A stretch of 42,969 bases of DNA from an uncultured Planctomycetia bacterium (GTDB lineage: Bacteria; Planctomycetota; SZUA-567; H5-PLA8): assembly GCA_964429255.1 (NCBI GenBank), contig CAYSBP010000004.1, positions 1 through 42,969 on the forward strand, in the 5' to 3' direction. A program made the translations under genes and the position numbers. Shown here one piece after another: positions 34,251 through 42,969 of the stretch; within the stretch, counting starts at the first letter, position 1, and each line of letters begins with the position of its first letter. Under the pieces are notes generated by a model. That model ran no database searches. It was not told the DNA's origin and worked only from the letters and a program-made list of their open reading frames with translations.

Positions 34251-35128
34251 GATCGATCAACGGTTCGCTCCCCTTTCTGGCGCTCTGTGGAATCGCCGCA
34301 CTGGTCGGGTCAGTTCGCCCGGCCGTCGGACTTGACGCCGTTGCACCGACCGCAACGCGTAACTTGGACCGTCTCGTCCAGGTCGTCCGCGAACTGGACG
34401 AACGTCGCAAGGACACGCAGACGGTCGTGGCACGGCTCACGGTCGTCCTGCACGACGTCGCCCGCGACCGGGAAGTCACGCTGAATGGCGCTTACCTCGG
34501 CGACGCGCAAGGCAACCTGCGGCTGCGGTTGAAGCACGGGGAATCACTGCTGATCGACCTGTCCTTCTGCGGCGACGAAGTCGGACTCTGGCTGCCGCGC
34601 CGGGAGCGTTTCTTCCGCGGCACGCGCATGGACGTGCTGGCCCACGGCGACAACGACCTCACACTGCTGGCGCTGGCCGGGAACGCACACGACCTCTTCT
34701 TCCCGCGCGCCTGGACCGCCCGCGCCGTCGAACGCCGGTTGCGCGTGGCCCAGGGACGCGAGTTCATCACGGTCCTGGAAGGCGAAGGCCCCGCCTGCCG
34801 GCGCGTCCGGCGTCTCGCCCTTTCACCTTCTCAACCCGTCGTTGACCAGCAGGAAATCCTCGGGGTCGCCGGTCGCGTGCTCGGTTGCATCCAGTACGCG
34901 GACTACCGTTTCCCCGGCCCGCGCGCGGGCGAATCGACCGGGCTGATCTACCCGGGCCGCCTGGTCCTGACCCCGCGAAATGAACAGCGTTCCATCGAGA
35001 TGCTCGTCGAGGAACTCCACGTCAACACCCCCATCCCCGCCACCAAGTTCGCCGTCGAGGTCCCCGCAGGGCAGAAGATCCTCCCGCTGGGCGTCTCGCT
35101 CTCGTCCACCCGAAGTCTCTGGGAATAG
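34247..35128 (+). CDS. Secreted hypothetical protein (293 aa), possibly LolA/LolB/RseB-like fold
   Basis: ATGA overlap with the activator gene. Signal peptide MRSINGSLPFLALCGIAALVGSVRPAVG. Mostly beta-type sequence ending ...TPIPATKFAVEVPAGQKIL, which recalls lipoprotein-carrier-like domains. Fold assignment is my impression only. Confidence 0.55.
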   Translation: MRSINGSLPFLALCGIAALVGSVRPAVGLDAVAPTATRNLDRLVQVVRELDERRKDTQTVVARLTVVLHDVARDREVTLNGAYLGDAQGNLRLRLKHGESLLIDLSFCGDEVGLWLPRRERFFRGTRMDVLAHGDNDLTLLALAGNAHDLFFPRAWTARAVERRLRVAQGREFITVLEGEGPACRRVRRLALSPSQPVVDQQEILGVAGRVLGCIQYADYRFPGPRAGESTGLIYPGRLVLTPRNEQRSIEMLVEELHVNTPIPATKFAVEVPAGQKILPLGVSLSSTRSLWE

Positions 35129-35240
35129 CAGAGACCCCTCACACCACCAGCAGTACCATCCGTTGCGCCGAAAAGACGCGCGGGGTCATGGCCAGCGGAT
35201 AGACCGCCGCGTATGCGATCGACGGGGCACCCGCCACGAA

Positions 35241-37202
35241 CTACTGCTTCTTGAAGGCCACAACCCCCAGTGGCGGCAGGTTCAGGTTCAGCGAGTGATC
35301 CCGGCCGTGCCAGCTCCAGTGGTCCGCGTGGAAGCCGCCAAAGTTGCCCACGCCGCTGCCACCGTAGCAGGACGCGTCGCTGTTCAACAACTCCTGCCAG
35401 TGCCCGCCTTCCGGAACGCCGACGCGATAGCCATTGCGAGGGATCGGCGTGAAGTTCGCCACGAAGAGAATCTTCTGGCTGCGGTCGCGGTTGTAGCGCA
35501 GCAGCGCGATCACGCCGTTGTCGCTGTCGTTGCAGTCCACCCACTCGAACCCGCCGGACTCGCAATCCTGTTCATGCAGTGCCTTCTCTTCGCGATAAAC
35601 CCGGTTCAGATCGGCCACCCAGTTCTGTAAACCGCGGTGCATCGGGTGTTCCAGCAGGTGCCAGTCCAGGCTGATCGCTTCGGACCATTCGCGGAAATGC
35701 CCGAACTCACCGCCCATGAAGATCAGCTTCTTGGCCGGCTGCGCGAACATGAAACCGAAGAGCGCACGCAGGTTGGCGAACTTTTGCCAGTAGTCGCCGG
35801 GCATCTTGCCGAGCAGGCTCCCCTTGCCGTGAACGACTTCGTCGTGCGAAAGCGGCAGGATGAAATTCTCGTGCCACGCGTAGAGCATCCGGAAGGTCAG
35901 GTCGTTGTGGTGAAACTTGCGGTACACAGGGTCCTTACTGAAGTACCGCAGCGTGTCGTGCATCCACCCCATGTCCCACTTCAGGCCGAAGCCCAGGCCG
36001 CCCAGATAAACTGGACGCGAGACCATGGGCCAAGAGGTGGACTCTTCTGCCATCGTCATCACGTCGGGGTGTTTGTTGTAGACCCAGTAGTTCATGTGAC
36101 GGAGGAACTCGATGGCTTCGATGTTCTCCTTGCCGCCATACTGGTTCGGTATCCATTCGCCTTCTTGGCGCGAGTAGTTGCGGTAGAGCATCGACGCCAC
36201 GGCGTCTACCCGCAGGCCGTCGAGGTGGTACTTGTCGAGCCAGAAGAGCGCCGAGTTCACCAGGAAGTTGCGGACTTCCCAGCGACCGAAGTTGAAGATC
36301 AGCGTACCCCAGTCCTTGTGCTCGCCTTCCTTCCAGTCGGAATGCTCGTACAGCCTCGTGCCATCGAAGAGCGCCAGGCCGTGCTCGTCCTTTGGGAAAT
36401 GCGCCGGCACCCAGTCCAGCAGCACGCCGATGCCGCGCTGATGCAGCGCGTCCACAAAGGCGCGGAAATCGTCCGGCGTCCCGAAGCGACTGGTCGGCGC
36501 AAAATAACCGGTCGTCTGGTAACCCCACGAACCGTCGAAGGGATGCTCGGTGATCGGCAGCAGTTCGACGTGCGTGAAGCCCATGCGTTTGCAGTAGTCA
36601 CCCAGGCGCGGACCCAGATCGCGGTAGTTGAGCATGTGCCCGGCGGTGTTCGCTTCCGGCGCGCGCATCCACGAACCTAGGTGGACTTCGTAAATCGAGA
36701 CCGGTGCGTTCACGCTGTGGCGCGCCTTGCGGGTCGCCATCCATTCGGCATCGTTCCACTGGTACCTGGTCAGATCCCAGACGATGCTGGCCGTGCGCGG
36801 GCGCAGTTCGTGATAGAAGCCGTACGGATCGGCCTTCTGCTGCTTGATGCCGCAGTTCTTCGAATCGACGAAGTACTTGTAGACCGCGCCGTTGCCGATG
36901 TTGGGGATGAAGCAGTCCCAGAAACCCGAATCGGCCAGGCGTTGCATGGGATGCGTCGCCGGATTCCAGCCGTTCCAGTCACCGATGACGGCCACATAAT
37001 GCGCGTTGGGTGCCCAGACGGCGAAATACGTTCCGGTCTGGCCGTCCTTCTCGGCCGGGTGCGCACCAAGCTTGTTGTACGCGTCGAAGTGATCACCTTT
37101 GGCCAGCAGGTGCAGGTCGAATTCGGTAATGAAAGGCCCGGCGGAAGCGGACACGGCGGGCGTAACTTCAGAATCCTTCTTGCCGAATGGAGTGCGCGCC
37201 AT
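35241..37202 (-). CDS. glgB: 1,4-alpha-glucan branching enzyme GlgB (GH13)
   Basis: [72 protein letters not shown]. Internal ATG 37202 chosen; the upstream 96 codons of the ORF look non-coding. Confidence 0.93.
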   Translation of the reverse strand: MARTPFGKKDSEVTPAVSASAGPFITEFDLHLLAKGDHFDAYNKLGAHPAEKDGQTGTYFAVWAPNAHYVAVIGDWNGWNPATHPMQRLADSGFWDCFIPNIGNGAVYKYFVDSKNCGIKQQKADPYGFYHELRPRTASIVWDLTRYQWNDAEWMATRKARHSVNAPVSIYEVHLGSWMRAPEANTAGHMLNYRDLGPRLGDYCKRMGFTHVELLPITEHPFDGSWGYQTTGYFAPTSRFGTPDDFRAFVDALHQRGIGVLLDWVPAHFPKDEHGLALFDGTRLYEHSDWKEGEHKDWGTLIFNFGRWEVRNFLVNSALFWLDKYHLDGLRVDAVASMLYRNYSRQEGEWIPNQYGGKENIEAIEFLRHMNYWVYNKHPDVMTMAEESTSWPMVSRPVYLGGLGFGLKWDMGWMHDTLRYFSKDPVYRKFHHNDLTFRMLYAWHENFILPLSHDEVVHGKGSLLGKMPGDYWQKFANLRALFGFMFAQPAKKLIFMGGEFGHFREWSEAISLDWHLLEHPMHRGLQNWVADLNRVYREEKALHEQDCESGGFEWVDCNDSDNGVIALLRYNRDRSQKILFVANFTPIPRNGYRVGVPEGGHWQELLNSDASCYGGSGVGNFGGFHADHWSWHGRDHSLNLNLPPLGVVAFKKQ

Positions 37203-37362
37203 GCAGAATCTCCCGATGGTTCGAGGCCCCTGTGTGACCCCAAGGTAGATGGAAGTCAAGTACCGAGACCAAATTCCAGGCCGTTCAGGTGCCCGGTGAA
37301 GGATCGCATCGAAAGAGTGCAGGGAGGCCGATGGCGGCGCTGGTGCCGTCTGCGTTACGGCA

Positions 37363-38436
37363 TCAGCCTTCCGGCTGTCCCGGCGTATCCTGTCCGGCAG
37401 GCGGCGGACGGCGTGAAGGACGGTCGGGGCGGTTGGGACGGCTTGGACGTTCCGGGTGGGCGGGTGGGCGAAGCTCAGCCGGCTGGCCACCGGACGGCGG
37501 AGGCGTCGATACCTGAGTGGAACGGCCGTTCGGACGATCGCGACCGGCCGCCGGGAACCGCCCCGAGGACGCCACCCGACGCGCGCTTTCCGCCGCCGCC
37601 GCAGAGGCCGTCTGCAGGGCCTGTTCGTACGCGCCCGCCGGCGCCTCTTTCACCTCGGCCAACGCTGCGTTCACGTAACTACCCCCAACGGTCTCCACAC
37701 TGACCCGCTGGTTGTAGACGTCGCAGCCCACCACCTTGCCGCACGTTTCGCCCACACAAACGCGTTTGCCTCGCTCGGGCAGTTGTCTCCGAAGTTCATT
37801 GTAGACTTGGTCCTCGAAGCGCAGACAGCATTTCAGTTTGCCGCACATGCCGGAAATCTTGGACGGATCCAGCGACTGTTTCTGCAGCCGCGCCATGGCC
37901 ATCGGGATGGGTTCAAGTTTTCGCATGAAACAGCGGCAGCAGAGTTCCTGGCCGCAGCAGGTGTAGTCGCCCACCAGCCGGGCGGCTTCGCGCTGTCCGA
38001 TCTGCCGCATCTCGATTCGCGTCTGAAACTGCCGCGCCAGATCGCGCACCAGGTTGCGGAAATCCACCCGCGTCTCGCTCATGAAATAGAAATAGAGCCT
38101 CTCGTTGCCCAGGATGTATTCGGCGTACACCAACTGCATAGGCAGCTTCTGTTGCAGAATCATCTCACGGCAGGCGTTTTCGGTTTTCTTGCGGTGCATG
38201 CAGTCGAATTCGCGCTGACGCGCAAGGTCCTCGGACGCTGCGCGGCGCAGGATGCGGCTGGCCCCCGTCCACTGCACGTCCGAACCAAGCTGCGAAGGCT
38301 TCGATGTCACCGTGCCCAGTTCCGTGCCGCGCTCGGTCTTCAGCACGACCTTCTCGTTCAGGGAAAGATCATCGATATCGGAAACGATGCCCTCCTGCTG
38401 ACTCACCGCCCCGTATCGCACATGAACCAGGAACAT
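37363..38436 (-). CDS. ricT: PSP1-domain protein RicT/YaaT-like, with Pro/Arg-rich C-terminal tail
   Basis: PSP1 core with Cys clusters ([22 protein letters not shown]). Lies downstream of tmk-holB, as yaaT does in Bacillus subtilis. Confidence 0.8.
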   Translation of the reverse strand: MFLVHVRYGAVSQQEGIVSDIDDLSLNEKVVLKTERGTELGTVTSKPSQLGSDVQWTGASRILRRAASEDLARQREFDCMHRKKTENACREMILQQKLPMQLVYAEYILGNERLYFYFMSETRVDFRNLVRDLARQFQTRIEMRQIGQREAARLVGDYTCCGQELCCRCFMRKLEPIPMAMARLQKQSLDPSKISGMCGKLKCCLRFEDQVYNELRRQLPERGKRVCVGETCGKVVGCDVYNQRVSVETVGGSYVNAALAEVKEAPAGAYEQALQTASAAAAESARRVASSGRFPAAGRDRPNGRSTQVSTPPPSGGQPAELRPPAHPERPSRPNRPDRPSRRPPPAGQDTPGQPEG

Positions 38437-38557
38437 GAAACCACCTCTATGTAAGGCTCCCGCTCACCGCGGGCGCTGATTCGGATCGCTCACCACAGGT
38501 CAAGCCTGACCCGGACTATTCACCACGGCGTCACGGAGACACGGAGGCAAACGCGGT

Positions 38558-39739
38558 TCATGCGCGAAGATGCTCCACCATCCGCCCCGCCAGCACGCGG
38601 CCAATCAGATCGCCACGCACGTACAGCCGGTTCGCTCGTCGCGCGTCGCGCAGAAACTCCAGGACGCGTTCGCATCCCGCTGCGCCGAACTGCTTCGCCA
38701 GCTTCTCCGCCAACGGACCTTCGGGTCCGGTCAGGAGCGAGAGATTACCCGCACCTGCGGCGGCAAGCAACCCATCCCGGAAGGCCGCTTCGCACAGCTC
38801 CAGCAGCCGCAGAAAGACGTAGCGTTTCCAGCCAGCGGCCGTCTTGCGCGTTTCTTCGTCCGCCCCCTCCTCTTCGCCTTCCTTCTCCGCGCCCTCGTCC
38901 GCCGAGGTGTCATCCGACTGGGACTCCTCAAACAAGCGTTCACCTTCCTCTTCGGCCAGCGTCCAGAGCGCCAACCCGAAACGCGGACACGAAAGCGGAT
39001 TCACCTGCCCCAGTTCCTTCAGTAACGCGGCCCGCCAGCGGCCCAGAGCACCATCCAGCATCTCCTTGGCTCGACCCAGACTGCCGTCCGCCATCGCCAC
39101 CGCTAAGGCCACGGAGGGATCGTCGGCCGTGCGCCTGGCGCGCACCAGCCCTTCGCGAATCGCCTCGCTCGACAATCGCCGCAACCGCACCGGCTGCAGC
39201 CTCGAGACCATCGTCTCCAGCAGCGCCTCCGGCCGGCTGGACGTAAGGATCAACACGGAGGTGGCCGGCGGCTCTTCGAGTGTCTTCAGGAAGGCATTGG
39301 CCGCCTCGGCCTGCCCGCCGCACATCCGATGCGCCTCGGGAATCAGCGCCACGCGTCGAGGTCCGCTGCGCGGCGCGCGGTGCAGCTGCTCGGAGAGGTA
39401 CTGCATCGTCTCGAGCGGGATCAGCGCCTCCTCATCGCGCAACGGACGCGAGCCGACTTGATCGTTCGGGTTCTTCCAGAGAATCACCAGATCGGGATGT
39501 TCGCTCAAGCCGCCACGGTAGTCGCGCAGCCAACGGCACGACTTGCACTCGCCGCACGCCTCGTCCGGCGCGGGCGGGTTGTGACAGAGCAGCACGCGCG
39601 CCAGCACGACCGCCGCTGTTCGTTTGCCTACGCCTTGCGGGCCTTCCAGCAGGCAGCCGTGTGCGAACCGCCCTGCGCTTAACGTGCGACGCAGGTAGCG
39701 GACGGCGGCCTCCTGTCCCAGCAGTTCGTCCCAGCTCAC
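38558..39739 (-). CDS. holB: DNA polymerase III delta' subunit HolB (with acidic insertion)
   Basis: GQEAAVRYLRRTLSAGRFAHGCLLEGPQGVGKRT, Zn module CGECKSCRW, NAFLKTLEEPP, SRLQPVRL. GTG 39739 overlaps the tmk stop (GTGA). The upstream ORF extension was discarded. Confidence 0.85.
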   Translation of the reverse strand: MSWDELLGQEAAVRYLRRTLSAGRFAHGCLLEGPQGVGKRTAAVVLARVLLCHNPPAPDEACGECKSCRWLRDYRGGLSEHPDLVILWKNPNDQVGSRPLRDEEALIPLETMQYLSEQLHRAPRSGPRRVALIPEAHRMCGGQAEAANAFLKTLEEPPATSVLILTSSRPEALLETMVSRLQPVRLRRLSSEAIREGLVRARRTADDPSVALAVAMADGSLGRAKEMLDGALGRWRAALLKELGQVNPLSCPRFGLALWTLAEEEGERLFEESQSDDTSADEGAEKEGEEEGADEETRKTAAGWKRYVFLRLLELCEAAFRDGLLAAAGAGNLSLLTGPEGPLAEKLAKQFGAAGCERVLEFLRDARRANRLYVRGDLIGRVLAGRMVEHLRA

Positions 39740-40362
39740 GGCAGCAGTGGCTCCACGAGGTTCCAGACACGCGCAGCAACGGACTCCACCGTGCCACGGC
39801 CATCGACGAGTTTCAACGGTCCGCGCGAGGTCAACGCCAGACGGCGGTAGCTTTGGCTGACCCGGCGCGCAAAGGCAGCGCCCTTCGATTCCATCCGGTC
39901 CGCAGCGCGGTGCGCGCGGCGCGCCAGGCCTTCCTTCAGCGGCACCCAGAGCACCACATAGCGGTCCGGCATCAACCCGCCGGTGGCCAGTTTCGACAAG
40001 CGCCGGATCTCGGCCGGATCGACGCCGCCCGCGCAGCCCTGATAGATCAGCGTCGAAAGCCAGTAGCGGTCCGTCAGGACCCACTCGCCGCGCGCCAGCG
40101 CCGGCCGGATCACTTCATGAACCAACTGCGCGCGGGCCGCCTGGAAGAGAAACGTCTCGGTCACCGCGGTCAGGTGGTCGGCCTTGCCGTCCAACAGGAT
40201 CGCGCGGATCTTCTCGCCGCCGATCGTCCCGCCGGGCTCACGGACCGTGCGCGTCTTCACGCCGCGGCGCTGGAGCTGCGCATCGAGCCGCTCAAGCTGC
40301 GTCGTCTTGCCCGCGCCGTCGGGGCCTTCCAAGACGATGAAACGGCCGCTACGAGGCTTCAT
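39736..40362 (-). CDS. tmk: Thymidylate kinase
   Basis: P-loop FIVLEGPDGAGKTTQ, DRY motif LTDRYWLSTLIYQG, LID region. Confidence 0.93.
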   Translation of the reverse strand: MKPRSGRFIVLEGPDGAGKTTQLERLDAQLQRRGVKTRTVREPGGTIGGEKIRAILLDGKADHLTAVTETFLFQAARAQLVHEVIRPALARGEWVLTDRYWLSTLIYQGCAGGVDPAEIRRLSKLATGGLMPDRYVVLWVPLKEGLARRAHRAADRMESKGAAFARRVSQSYRRLALTSRGPLKLVDGRGTVESVAARVWNLVEPLLP

Positions 40363-40604
40363 GCCTCCTCCATCTCCATCAGCGCCTGGCCTTCCTTGAC
40401 CGTCTGGCCTTCGGGGACCAGCAACTTCAGCACTCTGCCGCTGGCGGGCGCGGGCAGGTTGAAGGCGGCCTTGTCGGTGACCAGTTCAACCAGGTCCTCG
40501 CCTTCTTTCACCTGTACGCCGGGTGTCACGTACCACGTGTTCAACAGTGTTTCGGTCCGTTTCTGTTCACCCATGGGCGGGACGGTAATCAGCATCGTTT
40601 CCAC
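40359..40604 (-). CDS. Stand-alone lipoyl/biotinyl attachment domain protein (81 aa)
   Basis: E2-type lipoyl domain pattern: ITVPPMG...VKEGEDLVELVTDKAAFNLPAPASGRVLKLLVPEGQTVKEGQAL, with the modifiable Lys in TDKA. Overlaps the lipA stop by 16 nt and the tmk start by 4 nt. Confidence 0.75.
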   Translation of the reverse strand: METMLITVPPMGEQKRTETLLNTWYVTPGVQVKEGEDLVELVTDKAAFNLPAPASGRVLKLLVPEGQTVKEGQALMEMEEA

Positions 40605-41530
40605 CTCGAATGCTCAAGCACCTGCTCCGCCTGGTACGAACTCCGCACGAACGGTCCGCAGAAGGCGGCGCGGAAACCCAGCTCCATCGCGTATTCGCGG
40701 TAGGCCGTGAAGACGTCCGGCGCCACGTACTCGGCCACCGGGTAGTGCTCCTTCGACGGGCTCAGGTACTGCCCGACGGTGAGGATCTCGCAGCCGGCCG
40801 CACGCAGGTCGCGCAGCGCCTCGCGCATCTCCTCCTGCGTCTCGCCCATCCCGACCATCAGGCCGCTCTTGGTTGTTCGTTGCGAGTCCAACTGGCGGAT
40901 CCTGCGGATGACCTCCAGACTGCGGTCGTACTTCGCCTGGGGACGCACCACCGGGTGCAGGCGGCGGATCGTCTCGAGATTGTGGTTAAAGAGGTCGGGC
41001 CCCGCCTCCAACACCGTGCGAAGGCAGTCTTCCCGGGCGTGGAAGTCCGGCGTCAGCACTTCGATGATCAGGTCCGCGCCGCAGGCCTCGCGTAAGCTGC
41101 AGATGACGCGTGCGAAATGTCCGGCGCCTTCGTCATCGAGGTCGTCGCGGTTGACGCTGGTGACGACGACGTGGCGCAGTTTGAGCTGTTGGGCGGCCTG
41201 CGCGACGCGCGCCGGCTCGTCGGCGAGCGATTCCATCGATTCGCCGCGTCCGGTCTTGACGGCACAGAAGTGACAGGCGCGGGTGCAGTACTCGCCCAGG
41301 ATCATGAAGGTGGCGGTGCCGCGGTTCCAGCACTCGCCCAGGTTGGGGCACTCGGCTGACTGGCAGACCGTGTTCAGCCGCAGGCCATCGAGGAGCCGCC
41401 TGGTGCGGTCGTCGTAGCGCGCGGGCCATTTGATTTTTAGCCACGGCGGAAAGGTCTTGCGCGGCGAGGCGCTTTCGTTGGCGGATACCGGTTCGCTCAT
41501 GGGCACGGTTCTACCATCTGCGCGGGGCAA
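40589..41530 (-). CDS. lipA: Lipoyl synthase LipA (radical SAM)
   Basis: Auxiliary cluster CQSAECPNLGEC, radical-SAM CTRACHFC, C-terminal RSSY. Start could instead be the internal MSEPV. Confidence 0.93.
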   Translation of the reverse strand: MPRADGRTVPMSEPVSANESASPRKTFPPWLKIKWPARYDDRTRRLLDGLRLNTVCQSAECPNLGECWNRGTATFMILGEYCTRACHFCAVKTGRGESMESLADEPARVAQAAQQLKLRHVVVTSVNRDDLDDEGAGHFARVICSLREACGADLIIEVLTPDFHAREDCLRTVLEAGPDLFNHNLETIRRLHPVVRPQAKYDRSLEVIRRIRQLDSQRTTKSGLMVGMGETQEEMREALRDLRAAGCEILTVGQYLSPSKEHYPVAEYVAPDVFTAYREYAMELGFRAAFCGPFVRSSYQAEQVLEHSRWKRC

Positions 41531-41540
41531 GGCAATGCGA

Positions 41541-42695
41541 TCACGGCTTGGCCGGTGCGGGCTTCTCTTTGTCCTTGGCCGTCTTTGGGTCCGGCTTCAC
41601 GTCGTCGGTCACCGTGGGGTCGTCGGGGAAGAAGAAGGATACTGGAATCGGCTTCGGGGTGGGACTGCCATCGAGCACCAGACTGCGCTTGAGCGCCGTC
41701 AGGAACCACTCCTTCTCCTTGCGCTTCACCACTTCCTGAACCAACGTCTCGCGGATCTTGTCAAAGAGTGCCGAGTCCAGTTCAGCGGGGCCGGCGGGCC
41801 GGCGTTCTTCCAGAAAGACCATCGCCCAGCCATGGTCCATCTCGAAGACCTTGGAGGTGCGTTCGGCCAGGGAGCCCGTCCCGAGTCTGCGGACGACCGG
41901 TGCCAGAATGCGGTTCTGTTCCGGGTCGATGTATGGTTCGCCTTCGGGACCGACCATCAGGCCGCTGCGCGCGCGGGTCTCGGGATCGTCCGACTTCTCG
42001 CGTGCCAAGTCGGCAAAGTTGATGCCGTAGTCGACGACGTCCTTGCGCAGGTCCGACGCACGGCTGTAAGGCGTCTCGCCGTTCCCGTCACCCTCCGAAG
42101 TGACCTTGATGATTCGCAGTTTCACCGTCGGCGGACGCATGTACTGCGAAAGGTGATCGTTGTAGTATTTCTGCACCTGGGGTTTGTTGGGCAGGTCCAG
42201 CGCGGTCACGAGGGTACCCTGGAACTCCTGGATCAGCATCTGCCTTCGCACGAACTCCTTGACTTCCGGCTGTGTGAAGCCCGGTTTGCCCATCACGCCG
42301 TACTGGCGCAGATCCTGGATCCGTTTATCGAGGCGTTTTTGATAGTTGCCCTTGTCGATCTCGATCTGCGTCTCCGTAGCCTCCTGCAGCATCAGCTTCT
42401 GACGCACCTGGTTTCGCAGTTCGCGGCGGAAGTCGGGCATCAGCAGGTCGTGGTACTGCTTCTGTGTCTCCGCGGTCCAGTTGCCGGAGGCCACCATGCG
42501 GCGGCGGTAGTCCTCGAGACGTGCCATGATCATGGGGTCGATCGCCTGCTCGACGTCTCGTTTGGCGATGCGCTCGTTGTTTACATAACAGACCGTCTCG
42601 TTCCACAGCTCCAGGAGTTGCGGTTGCTCGCCAGCCAAGGTCGAGATGGACCCGGCAAGGCCCAGAAGGAGGAGGGCACAGTACGTGAATCTCAT
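41541..42695 (-). CDS. Periplasmic SurA/PpiD-like chaperone with parvulin-type PPIase-like domain
   Basis: Signal peptide MRFTYCALLLLGLAGSISTLAG, SurA-N-like helical region, parvulin-like segment (KLRIIKV...FADLAREKSDDPETRARSGLMG...GWAMVFLEE), Lys/Pro-rich tail. Confidence 0.65.
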   Translation of the reverse strand: MRFTYCALLLLGLAGSISTLAGEQPQLLELWNETVCYVNNERIAKRDVEQAIDPMIMARLEDYRRRMVASGNWTAETQKQYHDLLMPDFRRELRNQVRQKLMLQEATETQIEIDKGNYQKRLDKRIQDLRQYGVMGKPGFTQPEVKEFVRRQMLIQEFQGTLVTALDLPNKPQVQKYYNDHLSQYMRPPTVKLRIIKVTSEGDGNGETPYSRASDLRKDVVDYGINFADLAREKSDDPETRARSGLMVGPEGEPYIDPEQNRILAPVVRRLGTGSLAERTSKVFEMDHGWAMVFLEERRPAGPAELDSALFDKIRETLVQEVVKRKEKEWFLTALKRSLVLDGSPTPKPIPVSFFFPDDPTVTDDVKPDPKTAKDKEKPAPAKP

Positions 42696-42913
42696 AGCGG
42701 TCTAGACGCCGTAGGCGAGTTTCCCCTTCAACAAGACTTACCGCTTCGCGCCGCCAGAGTGTAGGTCCGTGGCCGCTCAAGGGCAAGAAGATGCACACGA
42801 TGAGGTCTGCCGTTCTATGATACCGATGGTTTCGGGGAGGTCATACGGATGGCGGGGTGCAAACAGCCGATGGGCTTCTTCGTCCATGCCTTGGCCGGGA
42901 GGCCGCCCGAAAC

Positions 42914-42939
42914 GTGGCGCTCCTCAAGAACGGCGCCAC
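42914..42939. other. 7-bp GC hairpin GTGGCGC-N12-GCGCCAC near the window edge (possible terminator of an off-window gene)
   Basis: Exact reverse-complement arms at 42914-42920 and 42933-42939. No clear U-tract on either strand. Confidence 0.25.
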
Positions 42940-42969
42940 CCTATCCCTTTGAACGCATAGCGCAGCAAA

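Noticed and set aside
39280-40710. 476-aa plus-strand ORF
   Set aside because: Antisense to holB, tmk, the lipoyl-domain gene and the end of lipA. No recognisable domain, Arg/Ala/Pro-rich.
42769-42960. 63-aa plus-strand ORF at the window edge
   Set aside because: No RBS or motif, Arg/Gly-rich. It lies in what is more likely the promoter region of the surA-like operon. It is also truncated context, so it cannot be judged.

Overview
GC-rich bacterial chromosomal segment. I recognised no rRNA, tRNA, CRISPR array, IS element or phage gene. Gene content (shc, PSP1/RicT, HDOD, many TPR proteins) and the low-complexity protein tails loosely suggest a Planctomycetota-like lineage, but that is a guess.

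Layout:
(1) 0.3-10 kb, + strand: housekeeping genes groES-groEL, class I fumarate hydratase, squalene-hopene cyclase, hemB, a larE-like PP-loop ATPase and agmatinase.
(2) 10.3-22.1 kb, - strand: one long flagellar operon flgB-flgC-fliE-fliF-fliG-fliH-fliI-fliJ-(FlbB/YlxF-like)-fliK-flgD-flgE-motA-motB, in Bacillus/spirochaete-like order, behind a near-consensus sigma-54 (-24/-12) promoter.
(3) 22.2-30.1 kb, - strand: an FlrC-like sigma-54 activator, an FlrB-like PAS kinase, two envelope TPR proteins behind a second sigma-54 promoter, and a further REC-AAA+ activator.
(4) 30.1-30.5 kb: an AT-rich divergent control region.
(5) 30.5-35.1 kb, + strand: a third sigma-54 promoter driving HDOD protein, CBS-domain histidine kinase, a third sigma-54 activator and a secreted protein that may be LolA-like.
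(6) 35.2-42.7 kb, - strand: glgB, then surA-like, lipA, a stand-alone lipoyl domain, tmk, holB and ricT.

The most interesting material is the three-activator, three-promoter sigma-54 circuit around the flagellar operon, the two non-canonical TPR envelope proteins wired into it, and the HDOD/CBS-kinase/activator/secreted-protein operon. All calls come from reading the translated ORFs and the DNA by eye. No database search was run. Start codons are best guesses from RBS and overlap logic.
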